Notes under the pieces: generated by a model
The model's database searches: none
The model's input: the letters and a program-made list of their open reading frames with translations, nothing else
Told to the model about the DNA's origin: nothing
Shown: piece after piece, positions 24,503 through 37,326 of the stretch
Layout of the letters: each line of letters opens with the position of its first letter
How positions within the stretch are numbered: the first letter of the stretch is position 1
Position numbers and translations under genes: made by a program
From: Octopus sinensis
Lineage: Eukaryota
Assembly (NCBI RefSeq): GCF_006345805.1
Contig: NC_043005.1
Location: 23,436,001 to 23,500,000 of the forward strand
Reading direction: 5' to 3'
DNA: 64,000 nucleotides

Positions 24503-25463
24503 TCTTTATATATATAAAACTGAGAATGTGTGTATGTCTGTGTGTGTGTTTCCCTAAAACTTGAGAACTACACAACCAATTTCATTCAAATTTTACACAT
24601 GCCTTACTTAGGGTCCGGGGAGTGAACTTTTGCCTAGGGCGAGCCCACAGCAATATCATATCTTCTCCACTATTTCAGTATTACGTGTTAAAAGTGAAAC
24701 AAAAACGTTTCTCTATTTTATGTCAGATACTTTCACTTTAACAATAAAAATAATAATAACAATTGAATTATATGTAGTAAGTAATAATTAAAATCAAACT
24801 AAAGTAACATAACAAAAGTAAAAATAGCAATTGGTATAAAATTGCAGATCCTGTTACAGTGGTTTCACATGAATGGGAATAAATTAAAAATAAAATTAGC
24901 GTGCAGAAATGGAATAGTCCAGATGGATAATAAAAAATTAAATTAAAGAAAAGACTATTGTCTATAAAGTATACAATGTAGAGAAAAAAGAAGATTTGAA
25001 CACATGGAGGAAAGCACCTTCGAAAAGTGTCTTGGTGCGACTATGAAAGTTATCTAATCAGAGGCGGTAAATTCGCCACAATAGAAGCAAGGTTCGAGTC
25101 AACGAAGCGTGCAAGGGAGTACTCGACTCGAACTTGCAAAGTGGAAATATTTTATTTTTACCTTTATATCTGGGACGTAGGACGTCCCAGAACCCCCCCC
25201 CCCGAAGTAGAGGTAGGCTGGATTGTAGCCACACTTCTATACAAGAGGGAGGACAAGATACAATTGATCGAAATTACAAGAGACGGGCTAACAATTCCAG
25301 TCTGTTATATATTTTGAGTATTGTTATCACTAGCGATATCAAGATATAACTTTGTATTTTGTATTTTATGTGTAGATGTATATATATAGATGTACATGTA
25401 ATATGTACACATATATACATGCACTAGCACTATGACCCAGCAACGACGGGTCTTTAATGCTAG
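24503..25463 (+). mobile_element. Non-autonomous Helitron (961 bp)
   Basis: A|TCTTTATATATATAAAA 5' end; GACCC/GGGTC hairpin at 25434-25452 then CTAG|T 3' end; inserted between A24502 and T25464. Confidence 0.75.
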
Positions 25464-25972
25464 TATATTCTAAAATAGAAATGTTATAATTTCTAAATCT
25501 CTAAAGGAGAGATACAGCAGCAGTACTGAGTATTAATATTTACTGCCAAACTGACGTGGCAGTCCATAGAAATAGGACGAGTGCTTCTTTTGATTAGTTT
25601 GGCAATAAATATTGATATATACTTTCTTTTATTCTTTTACATGTTTCAGTAATTTGACTGTGGCCATACTAGAGCACCGCCCTTAGTCGAACAAATCGAC
25701 CCCGGGACTTATTCTTTGTAAGCCCAGTACTTATTTTATCGAACTCTTTTACCGAACTGCTAAGTTACGGGGGGACATAAACACACCAACATCGGTTGTC
25801 AAGTGGCTGTACTGTAGATAAACTGTCTCTTTATAAAAGGCTACATGGTCACAACTTGAACATCTTTGGTCATAGCTCTTCTCGGTCAGGACTGACTTGG
25901 GGCTAATCAACAACTTTTTTAACGACATTTAATCATCTAACATGGTGATTTTTAGTGTTTTCTCTGTTTCAG

Positions 25973-26027
25973 CTCAATTGTTATCTGGGGAATATGAAAT
26001 GACCGATCCAATATGTGAGGAAGAAGT
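25973..26027 (+). CDS. FDX2: FDX2 exon 2
   Basis: tttctctgtttcag acceptor, GTAAGT donor; encodes QLLSGEYEMTDPICEEEV, the GEYE..DP..E.EV segment that precedes the ferredoxin fold. Confidence 0.88.
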
Positions 26028-26081
26028 GTAAGTTATTTTTTTCACAGTTCAGTCACTCAACTTACTATTATAGTTGTTTAA

Positions 26082-26302
26082 CCCTTTATTGTTCAGGGTT
26101 TTTTTTGTCAAATGTATTGCTTATTTATTCACATTGCTTTGAATTAATCCCACAGTATTTTGTAGCTCAAGATTTTAATGGTGTGTTTGTATATTTTTAG
26201 AATGACATTGTAGGGTAGGTGTGAAAGATTGGATCAGGTCTGTTTTAATGTAAAACAGGTAGAATATATGGGCTAGATATAGCTGGATTACATGCTAAAG
26301 GG
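26082..26302. mobile_element. piggyBac-type MITE, TTAA TSD, 54 bp after FDX2 exon 2
   Basis: TTAA|CCCTTTA ... TAAAGGG|TTAA; same family as 49833, opposite orientation. Confidence 0.75.
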
Positions 26303-26486
26303 TTAATCATGTCAGTCCTAATCCTCAAATCAGAAGCTCTTTAAGCTGGGTGGTGGTATGCTCATGGACGCACTGTCTGAACACACAAAGAGGAAGTAAA
26401 TATCAACAGGGTGTTATGAGGGTGCCAAGTGTTTACATCGAGTTGCGATATTTTTTTCTTAGAGATAAAATACTTCCCAACAATAT

Positions 26487-26719
26487 TTATTTCTTTATTA
26501 CCCACAGGGGACTAAACACAGAGGGGACAAACAAGGACAGACAAAGGGATTAAGTTGATTACATCAACCCCAGTGTGTAACTGGTACTTATTTAATCGAC
26601 CCTGAAAGGATGAAAGGCAAAGTCGACCTCAGCAGAATTTGAACTCAGAACATAAAGACAGACGAAATACTACTAAGCATTTCAACCGGCATGCTAACGT
26701 TTCTGCCAGCTTGCCGCCT
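26487..26719 (-). mobile_element. SINE family A
   Basis: Full-length, ggcggcaagctggcagaaacgttagc head. Confidence 0.85.
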
Positions 26720-28363
26720 TACAATCTATACAAATATCAAATACTGATGAGGTATTAGAAGGAAATATGGAAAATAAATCACTGCTGTTTGATCAAAATA
26801 ATCTTCTTTATTCTGCAAGACATGTGAATGGTGTTTTTGTAAAATGCCATTCAGTGAAAGGGGTGCAGAGCCACAAAAGAGTAAGAATCTCTGCAGCAGG
26901 CGTATCATGCTTTTTTTTGTTTTTAGATATACTGCATTTAGAAATAGACTTCACTGTAAAATGATTGGTGATGAGAAGGGCATTGGAATGAAAAACTATG
27001 TCGAGCAGGAAAAAAAAAGGACAAGTGGAGAAGTATACACCATACACTGCAGCAAAAGCAACCCATCAGGAAGGTTTGTAGTTATTAATAGAAACTGCTA
27101 CAAGGTGGAAGGGCTTTAATCCTGCTGCAGGCAACCTCTTTAATTCTGGTGACACAGGCAAAACTCCATGAGACCTGCATAGTTGATACAAATATGGAAA
27201 AAGCTAATATAAAATGATGATGAAGATGATTGTAACTTGTCCTTTTTTTAAGATGATATTATGAAGTTTGACTGCTATTTTCAAAGCCAAGTGACTGCAT
27301 AGTCTTCTTCATTAGCTCATTGCTTTACTTTGATTCACTGTGTATGCAATAATGATGGGCTGGTCATGGCTGGAATATTTTTCATCATAAAGTCTGTTTG
27401 ATCAGGGATGACAAGTAATGGAACAGATAACACTGTGTAACAAAATTTTGTTTTTTTTTGTCTTTGGTCTGTAAGTATTACTTTCTATTTACTTCTAATT
27501 AGAAATCAAAGTAAATGACTTTATTATTCCCTTCGAACTTTGCTTTTGTGACCTGGAGATCAATGTTTTGAAACTGATCTCTTTTCCATTACATTTTAGA
27601 CAGATTCAATACTGAGTTTGCTGAAGCAGAAATATCATTATAGCAAATATTCTATTCAATACAACAGATTTGCTTGTCAATAACCACTTGAGCTTAATAG
27701 CTGACAATATGTGCATCTCTGATCATGAGCAGGAGTAGTGTGTTTTTCATGAGCAGTTGTAGCAGGAACCATGTGTTGAGAGGGATTCTTTGGGGTTTGA
27801 ATAAAATATAACAGATGTAAAGTTTGAAGGAAATATTAACATTTTTCATGTTTTATAAAGGTAAGCAAATAGGAAATAACAGTTACTACCCAAGGACAGA
27901 AATCGTGTTACACAGTGTAATTCCTTTATTAAATAACTGTCTTTTCATACAAATCTTACCTGAAACCAGTTTTTCATAATGTTTAAAACTTTATCTAGAT
28001 AAATACTGTAGAATGAATGCAGGTATGCACACCCACATTTTGCATCAAATCCATCTCCTCCTCTCCAACATACACCCTCAGCCAGTAAAAAACATTTACC
28101 TGATTAGTAAGTATTCACTCTTAGACTCATTACTAAGCTGTGTACTATCTCTATATCTTCCACATCATCATCATCATCATTTAACATCTGCCTTCCATGC
28201 TGGCATAGGCTGGACGGTTTGACTGAGAACTGTAAGCCAGAAGGCTGCACCAGGCTCCCACTATTAAATTTTTTTCCATGGCTTAAATTGAAAGAAGGAA
28301 TGGCAGTTCTCTTGGGCTTTTTTTCAGGGTCTCTGAGAATAGTGACAGAAAAAAAAAGGAAAT

Positions 28364-28719
28364 CCTCATCTTGTTTGTTGTTAACATGTTTCGGCTGATA
28401 TACCCTCCAGCCTTCTTCAGGTGTCCTGGGGAAATTTCAAACCTGGGTTCTCATTCCTAAGGTATTTTTCGATATTATTATTATTATTATTATTGATATT
28501 GTTCAGGTCACTGCTTGGAATCGAACTCGGAATCTTGGGGTTAGTAGCCCGCACTCTTAACCACTACGCCATATGCCCATGGGCATATGGCGTAGTGGTT
28601 AATAATAACATTGAAAAATACCTTAGGAATGAGAACCCAGGTTCAAAATTTCCCCAAGACACCTGAAGAAGGCTGGAGGGTATATCAACCGAAATGTGTT
28701 AACAACAAACAAGATGAGG
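28364..28719. mobile_element. Head-to-head palindromic element: tRNA-like head, (AAT)n, then Penelope-like tail with a hammerhead-like motif
   Basis: About 130-bp inverted arms; perfect 46-bp central palindrome at 28557-28602; A box TGGCGTAGTGG and B box GAGTTCGATTC on the - strand; CTGAAGA-GGCTG..CAGCC-GAAAC at 28420-28388. Confidence 0.7.
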
Positions 28720-30000
28720 GCAAATATCATCGAATGTAAATAATGTAAAAAATGTACATAATTCCTCATCTCTTAAATATAGAACTGAAAAAAAAGTAAG
28801 TCATCACAGGTGACTTGGTTTGAATTCTTACAACCAAGTGGTGGACTCCACAAATTGTACCCAAGGATCAAGTGATCACTCAAAAACAGGAATGTTCTTA
28901 CTGAAAAACCTTCACACAGATTCACTCACAAGACTTTGATTTACTCCCACTGCATGGCATCTTTGATCATGCAGCAAAATTGAATCCAAGACTATGATAG
29001 TTGTGAAGCAAACTTCTTAACCACACAAACAGGTTTTACACCCTACAATCATGTTTACTCCTCTAAATTTATTTAGTTTTGAAATCATAGTCATGTAACT
29101 GGCACCCATGCCAGTGGCATGTAAAAAGCACCTCTTGAGCATTGAGCCTCATGCATTGAGCACTGAACCTCATGCAGGCAATGACTGAGACCTTTGGCAT
29201 TATTTCATGCTTGAGAAGAAGTCCCATCAAGCCAAGTAAAATCACAGTCGTGGCAGATACCAGTGTTATGCAAATGGCACCTGTGCCAGTGGCATGTAAA
29301 AGCACCCATTACACTCTTGGAGTGGTTGGTGTGAGGAAGGGCATCCAGCCATAGAAACCATACCAAACCAGACTGGAGTCTGGTGCAGGCTTCCAGCTTA
29401 CCAGCCCTGGTCAAACTGTCCAACCCATGCCAACATGAACAACAGATGCTGGTCAAAAGTGGTGTTGTTGGTTGCAGGTTTCCAACTGGCCAACCACCAG
29501 ATCAATGTATTTCAAAGTGCAGAAGTAACAAGGGAGTGCCTATAACTCATTGAAGAACAAATGTCTTAAAAAATTTCATTTGCGAAGTAGCTGTTTTTCA
29601 ATGTTCTTGACGTTTTCTTGCCTCGATAATATATATTAGCAAAAAATGTACCCCCCTCACAACACTCATACTTCAATTTTATGCTGATTTTCCTATTTTT
29701 GAATGGGTCCGGCTGGTCCTCTCCAGCATAGTGCTTCATTCTGAGCTGCAGTTCTTTGTTATCACCTTCATGACTTCCACTTTGTCCCCTGTCTTTCTTA
29801 GCCTCCCTCTTTTTCAGTCTTCATCCACTTCATGCACTTAACACTTCTACATACAACTGGTTTATTCCATACACATCACATGTCCATACCAGCATTATCT
29901 TCTCTCTTGACTCTTTATGTCTGATTTCTTTTATATCCAGTTTTCTTGTCATTTAATTTGCTTCCTACAAACCTCTCACCTGGTTATTTTACACTTTCAG

Positions 30001-30107
30001 TGTCAATGTTGTGTTTATTGATAAAGATGGTGAAAAACATCATATAAGAGGGAAAATTGGTGATAACATTCTCTATCTTGCTCACAGATATAACATTCCC
30101 CTTGAAG
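30001..30107 (+). CDS. FDX2: FDX2 exon 3
   Basis: acactttcag acceptor, G|GTATGA donor; VNVVFIDKDGEKHHIRGKIGDNILYLAHRYNIPLE. Confidence 0.95.
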
Positions 30108-30133
30108 GTATGATAATATTTATATATCATGTT

Positions 30134-30174
<41 letters not shown>

Positions 30175-30264
30175 ATGTATATATATATATATATATATGA
30201 AATGTGTGTTATTTCCATAGTTTGCCCTCCCTCTTGCTCTCTGTATCTGTATATCTATAATTAT

Positions 30265-30610
30265 ATATCTTTTACTTGCTTCAGTCATTGGACTGCAGCT
30301 GTGCTGAAGTCCTGCCTTGAAGGGTTTAGTGAAAGAAATTGACCCCAGGACTTATTTAAGTCTGGTACTTATTCTATTGGTATCCTTGACTGAACTGCTA
30401 AGTTATGAGGATGTAAACAAACCAACACTTCTCAAACAGAGGTGTAGGAGAAGCACATACACACACAATGGGCTTCTTTTAGTTTCTATCTACAGATTCA
30501 TTCACAAGTTTTTGGTCAGCTTGAGACTGTTGTAGAAGACACTTATCCAAGGGACCGTGCAGAACTTGAAATCATGTAGTTGAAAAGCATGCTTTTTAAC
30601 CCACAGCCTA
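30265..30610 (-). mobile_element. SINE family B (decayed)
   Basis: Head and tail motifs recognisable. Confidence 0.6.
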
Positions 30611-31269
30611 AGGAAAAGCTGTTCTATTCTGTTCCTTATATCATCATCATCATCATCATTATCGTTTAATGTCCGCCTTCCATGCTGGCATGGGTTGGAT
30701 GGTTTGACAGGAGCTGGCCAGGCAGGAGCCTGCACTAGACTTCTGTGTCTGTTTTGGCAGGGTTTTACAGCTGGATGCAGTTTGTAACACCAACAGAGTG
30801 AACCAGGTGCTTTTTACATGGCACAAGCACAGGTGAGGTCAGTTTTGGCATGGTTTTTACAGCTGGGTGGCTCAAGTTATGAAAGTAGTAGAAAGGGTTA
30901 AAAGGTAAAGACCCTCTTCAGTCATAAATGACCATGGGATTGGATCTAGAAAGTTCCCTTCCGAGGCACAAGGTCAGGCAATGTTGTTTATGGTAGACCA
31001 TCAGTTACCCATGAATACCAGCCTCCCCTCTGCAGGACATCACTGATGTTATTCAAGGGAAAGGCAAAGACTGATACAGCTTGGAACCAGTGATGTTGAA
31101 ACTCATTTCTATAGCTGAATGAATTGGAGCAATGTGAAATAAAGTGTCTTGCCCCAGAAAGCAACACACAGCCCAGTCTGGGAATAGAACTCGCTACCTC
31201 ATGATTGTGAGTGTGGTGATCTAACCACTGAGCTACACACCTTCAAGGGTTATCACACTGTTGATTAAG

Positions 31270-32400
31270 AAATTAGGAGATGCAGTTTGGGTTTGTGCCA
31301 GGACAGAGTACCACTAATACCCTCTCCTTAGTGAGACAGCTCAAGAGAATTTCTTAGCTAAGAGTAAGCCACTATGCTTAGCATTTATTAACCTGAAAAT
31401 ATTTTTGACTGGGTACCATGTTTTGTGGTTGGGTGGTCACTAAAGATATTTGATGTAAATGGAAAACTTATGTGAGTTGTGCAAGCCATGTATAATGATA
31501 CGTTTGAATCTTGGCATACTGCTATGTTTTTATTGGACTCAGTTCTTACCTCCCATCTATTTATTATAATTCTCCAGGCCATAACAGAGGAGTCCAAGAA
31601 TGGCTGTTTGTGGGAACTCCTGTATGTTGATAACCTTGTTCTCATAGCTGAGAGAAGTTCTAAACATAGAAGTGGAGCCTAGAATCAAGAATTATAAAAA
31701 ATAAATCTCATGAAGACAAAAATCTTAGCAAGACTGGAAATTGGTCGTGCTTGATATTCTTCTTCTTACAGCATTCACCCGGGGTGGGTTGAGCTGGCTT
31801 CATTCATCCTCAATGCTGTCAAAAAAGGTTTAGATAGAAATTCTATTTTGTGTTCCTGATATAAACTTTGTGTACATCAGTGGTGCAGTGAGATCATGGG
31901 CAGGCTGACACACACACACAAAAAAAAAAAAAATTCATATAGCAGATGCACAAAAATAGTCAACAGTAAGAGCATCCATGAAATGAACTCTAATTGCTAG
32001 AAGTGGTTGATAGCTTCTATTACCTAGGTGACCTAATTAGCAGAGGAGGTAAATGTTTTGAAAGTAATATAACTTGAGTAAGAATAGGATAGTCAAAGTT
32101 GAGGGAACTATTAGTCTTACTAGCAATGAAGGGATTCTTTCTCCAAGTAAAGAGCAGATTGTATGATGTTTGTGTATGAATTGTGATACTCCATAATGGC
32201 AAAATATGGGCATTGATTGCTTGAAATGTAATGGTTAGAAAGAAATGAAGCAAGAATTGGTCTGCTGGATATGTCATAAGACATAGAAAGAAGTGGTGAA
32301 GCTTGATCTTAGGAGGCTGGACTTCACAAAGGTTGACTAAGTGATGAATGACTGTAACAAGTGGCAAGACACTTTGTGAAAGTTCAATCAATCCATGCAC
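31270..32400 (+). mobile_element. Degenerate RTE-clade LINE RT fragments (FDX2 intron 3)
   Basis: EMQFGFVPGQST, ENFLAKSKPLCLAFINL, LFIIILQAITEESKNGCLWELLYVDNLVLIAE (decayed YADD), then RLYDVCV-type motifs. Confidence 0.75.
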
Positions 32401-33253
32401 CGAGTTGGTTGGGAGTCTTCATAAAAGTGGGGGAAAAATGGACTTAAAATGTCTTAAAATACAATTCGTGCAAAATTTTTGACCTTGTTTCTATATAAGA
32501 AATCAACATTACTATCAACATATAATGATATATGATATTAGTACACAACCACAAATATAGAAGGGAAAGATCAAATTGATTCTACTTTATAGTTGCTACA
32601 TTTTTTTGTTAATTTCAAATGAAAAAAATGAAAAATTGGACTCAAGATTTGAATTCAGAATGTAAATCAGTGTTACTAAATATCTCAATGTCTGCCAGTT
32701 TGTTTTAAATGGCTGCTATGAGATATGACTAACTCTGTCAAGGTGCAATTATCTTAGTTTCCGTACATCACAGCGTCAGATTAAATCCCTTTCCAAGTTA
32801 ATGCTACTAAATAATTGTTTTAATACAAGTAGAAAGATATATTTTTCAATGCTTAAGTTCTGATAGAACAGCATATAATGCATGGATTGATTGAGCTTTC
32901 ACAAAGTCTCTTGCCACTTGTTACACTCACTCATATACAGAGCAGAAAAATCTGTCAGCAACCAGCCATGACTCAAACTCACATCCCTTCAATTTCCAGT
33001 CAAAATGCTTTACCATTTAAGCTAAACGGTTTTACTGACAAATTCTTCTGCAATTTAGAATTTATAAACTCATCTGTAAACGCTAGATTGAATAGAAATT
33101 ACGTCATATGTAAACAAACATAAGTTTGTTTTTAAAGTGCTGAAATGTATTGTAGTACAAGTAGAAAGATATATTTTTATTCAACGTGTAAGTACTGATA
33201 GAACAGCATATGTAGGATAAAATCCTTAGAGTAGAAAAATGTTTTAATTCTGA

Positions 33254-33361
<108 letters not shown>

Positions 33362-33574
33362 TAAGTGACCCTTTCATCACTCATCCCCATCGTTCTTCTA
33401 TTCCTGGCTGTGATACTCTCACTCTGTGCTTAGAATTCACTTTCAGAGCAATTTAAAATTTTTCAGTAACTTAGTAAAATAATTATCATAGTGATTAAGT
33501 TATATATTTGTTACTTTTTAAAAAGCATTAATTAGAAGATGAGGAGCAGTGGGAGTGGCTGCCATGATCTTTAT

Positions 33575-33846
33575 TTTTTACTTGTTTCAGTCTGGCCATG
33601 CTGGGGCATCGCATTGAAGGGCTTTTTAATCGAACAAATCAACCCCAGGATTTGTTTTAAGCTTAGCACATACACATATATATATATGAGAGACTTCTTT
33701 TAGTTTCCTTCTACCAAATCCACTCACAATGCTTTCATTGGCCTGAGGCTATATTAGAAGATACTTGCCCAAGATGCCATGCAGTGGGACTGAACCCAGA
33801 ACCATGTGGTTGGGAAGCAAGCTTCTTACCACACAGCCACGCCTCC
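33575..33846 (-). mobile_element. SINE family B (internally deleted)
   Basis: Head and tail motifs recognisable. Confidence 0.7.
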
Positions 33847-34594
33847 TTCTGACTCTCTTCTTACTAATAGAGGAGAGTGATTTCGTTGATGTTTGGTTTG
33901 ATGCCTCTAAGGCAAGGAAATGGGTAAAGTATTTAGGACAGAATCTGGCAAGTGACACACAGTAAAGGTGAAGATAGTAGGAGAGAGTATAGATGTTGCT
34001 AGTGGAGGACATCATATAAGAGGCAGAATGAAGAAATAGCCCATCAGTGAGCCAGTGGCTCTGTCATTTTGGGGAGAGTGGAACTTTTAACAGTCAACAG
34101 AATAGTTGCTGTTTTATTGGATATGGTTTAGAATGTTTATCTGTGTATGTGTAGTAACAGCACAATCCTAGATATGTGAGCAAAGTTTTCCACTGTGGAT
34201 TTTCATTTGAGCCATCTAGAGAGTCATTTGTAGTAGTGATGGTAAAGGCAAAGATAGGAAACAGTGGTGTGCCTGTGAGTTTGTGGCCATAGGGTTTAGT
34301 GGCAACAGTACTGTCCATCTTTCTTGGCTGTTTGTTTTTGTTTTATATCCATCAACTATTTAGGGGTGAGAAAGACAAAAGGGCACAAGATATAAATCTC
34401 CAACTTTCATGTTAACTATTTTCATTATTTTCTTGGTTAATTTCTAATATCGTCATCATCATCCTTTAACGTCTGTTTTTCATGCTGGCATGGGTTGGAC
34501 GGTTTGACTGAGGTCTGGAAAGCCAGTAGGCTGCACCAGGCTCCAATCTGATCTGGCAGTATTTCTACAGCTGGATGCCCTTCCTAATGCCAAC

Positions 34595-34855
34595 TGTGGT
34601 GTATGCGAGAGATTCGAAATAAAGGCACCTACCTTCTCTTCACTCAGATGGAGACCCTTCAGCGGTAATGGATCCTTCAACACAGCCCGACCCGAACGCT
34701 AGAAATAGCAGCTGCTTCTCCCAACCTTAATAACGTGATGACATCACCTTACCCACTCGGCGACCTGCCTCGAAAAGGCAGAATGCTGCCCTCGCTACGC
34801 ACGCATCACTGCTGCCCCTTGCGGTTAGCTCCCCAGCTGCTGACGTCATCCCACA
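34595..34855. mobile_element. Solo LTR (261 bp), same family as 641-921, 5-bp TSD CCAAC
   Basis: TGTGG...CCACA; CCAAC at 34590-34594 and 34856-34860; nested in an RTE-tail repeat. Confidence 0.85.
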
Positions 34856-35799
34856 CCAACTACTCCAAGAGTGTAGTGTGTGCTTTTTATGTGCCACTGG
34901 CACAGGAGCCAGTCAGATGGCCCTGGCATTGATCATGTTCAGATAGTGCTTTTTACATGCCACTGGCATAGGAGCCAGTTGGGGGGCACTGGTATTGGCC
35001 ACATTCAGATGGTGCTAAATATATGTAAAACAGTTAAAATGAATCAGTGACATGAACATGTGACAAGACTTGCTTTCTTTCTTGGCTGTCTGTCCACCTT
35101 CTCACCTTCAGTTTTCATAAAGCATATCAGGTTGTACTACCTTAGCAGCAAACTGATGTATCACTATGGAGATTGTCTCATTCTCAGAGACAAGATCTTT
35201 CCCACCTTACTTACATGACAAAAGCAACTTTTATGCCAGTGGTCACTGACTGCCACTTTCAGCTCCTTACAATCTAAACTCCTCCCCAAATTATAGATAT
35301 ATGAATTCCCAGCCTTAGATAAGAAGTCCCTGCAACTTCAGACTTCAGTCTAAGCAAGTTTGTTTACCACATCATGGATTCAGCTTCTTTCTTCCATCAC
35401 TAGTTTCCTCCTTATATACCATGGTCATATTTAACATGCCTAGCTGCTTCTGGGCTTGGTAGCTATCCTTCTTTCTTAATCAATCATTTGAGTAAGGACA
35501 AAACATCGTCCTTGCCCAAAGAACCTGATAATCGATATACCCGACCAGCCACCGGTATTCTAAGACAATAAGTTGTTCTGTTAACTACCTTCCACTGCCA
35601 CCAACACCACCACTACCACATTGGAAACAACTTCATGCCTAGTCACTGCAGAGTACCACAGTAGCATTCCCTCTCTTCCTTTACAACAGCCTAATCCTCT
35701 GCCAGTGAGAGTTCTTGTACAGACTCCAAGACATATTGAATGTAGTATCACTTCTATGATGGCATCCAGCTTCAAATCTATGTCAAAAATGGAAGAATT

Positions 35800-36200
35800 A
35801 TATACTCAATTTACTGCATAGAAAGCAACCTGTCAAGGTGAGCAGTAATCCAAATAAGGACTGACACAGAACAGAGGTGATACTTTAATGGACTTCCCTC
35901 AACTCTTTAGTCCTCCCCATATGAGTCCTTTCTAATGCTGATGCTATGATGAAACATATCCAGTTCACTCTAGGACATTCACAATGTCCATAGATAGCTT
36001 TTTTATTCAGTTGTTGTGCATATAAGGAGATGTGGACTCTGACATGTCAGCATAGAAAAATGGTCATAAAAAATTATGCTGATGACATTATTGATGTTGT
36101 GGATAAGAATGTTATCTTTAGAAATAAAGATGCTTAGATTAAATCCAGCTCAGTAATATGTACAAATCGGAGATTAAGATTCTTGATGAATCCAATCAGT
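35800..36200 (+). mobile_element. Highly decayed LINE RT relic
   Basis: KNYADDIIDVV near 36070-36100; surrounding frames are broken. Confidence 0.35.
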
Positions 36201-36856
36201 GATCAAACTGATAGAAACATAATGTAGATATAAAAATTCTAAAAAATGTTTTATTACCAAAAATAAGTTTAATTAAATAAAGAAATTATGAATATAACCG
36301 TTTTTTATTTGGAATTAAAAAATTAAATTTATTTTTCTTTATATTTTAAATTTATTAATCAAATTTGAATTACATTGTTAATATGTGTTCGGTATGGGAG
36401 TTGGAGTGAATGGACAGGGAGAAATAATTATTGTCAATACTTTAGATATTTTTAGGCCCAGTTAATCAAAATCTTAATTAAAACTTTTAAGATTACAGCT
36501 GCAGAAATTTTAATCTCATTTATTTTTAGAAAAGCTTTTTCAATATTTACATGAAGGCAGTGGATTAGCAGAATTGTTAGATCTGCAGTATTTGTTCCAC
36601 TTTTATATATATCTTAGATTTTAATTTCCTGAGATCAACTCTTATCCTTCATCCTTCCAGCATTGATAAAATAAAGTACCAGTGAAATATTAGAGTCCCT
36701 TAAATTTTTGGCTTTGTGGCCTGTGTTAGAAACATTTTGCTCAGTTGGTTCTCTCATCAAGTTATCAGCAACAACTCATCTCAGACATTTAAATATTTGA
36801 ACAACGAAAGAGAGTTTTACATTGTAGATTTTTGATTTCTAATTTTCTTTCTTCAG

Positions 36857-36909
36857 AGAAGACGACATGTTAGATATGGCACCATTTTTGAAAGAGAATT
36901 CCAGACTTG
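36857..36909 (+). CDS. FDX2: FDX2 exon 5
   Basis: ttctttcttcag acceptor, G|GTAAGA donor; EDDMLDMAPFLKENSRL (acidic reductase-binding helix). Confidence 0.95.
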
Positions 36910-36924
36910 GTAAGACATTTATTA

Positions 36925-37326
36925 TACTCTTACTCTTTACTCTTTTACTTGTTTCAGTCATTTGACTGCGGCCATGCTGGAGCACCACCTTTTAGTCAAG
37001 CAAATCGACCCCGGGACTTATTCTTTGTAAGCCCAGTACTTATTCTATCGGTCTCTTTTGCCGAACCGCTAAGTGACAGGGATATAAACACCCCAGCATC
37101 GGTTGTCAAGCAATGCTAGGGGGACAAACACAGACACACAAACACACACATACATATACATATATATATATGACAGGCTTCTTTCAGTTTCTGTCTACCA
37201 AATCCACTCACAAGGCATTGGTCGGCCCGGGGCTATAGCAGAAGACACTTGCCCAAGATGCCATGCAGTGGGACTGAACCCGGAACCATGTGGTTGGTAA
37301 GCAAGCTACTTACCACACAGCCACTC
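36925..37326 (-). mobile_element. SINE family B, well preserved, starting about 15 bp after FDX2 exon 5
   Basis: Full head-microsatellite-tail. Confidence 0.85.
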
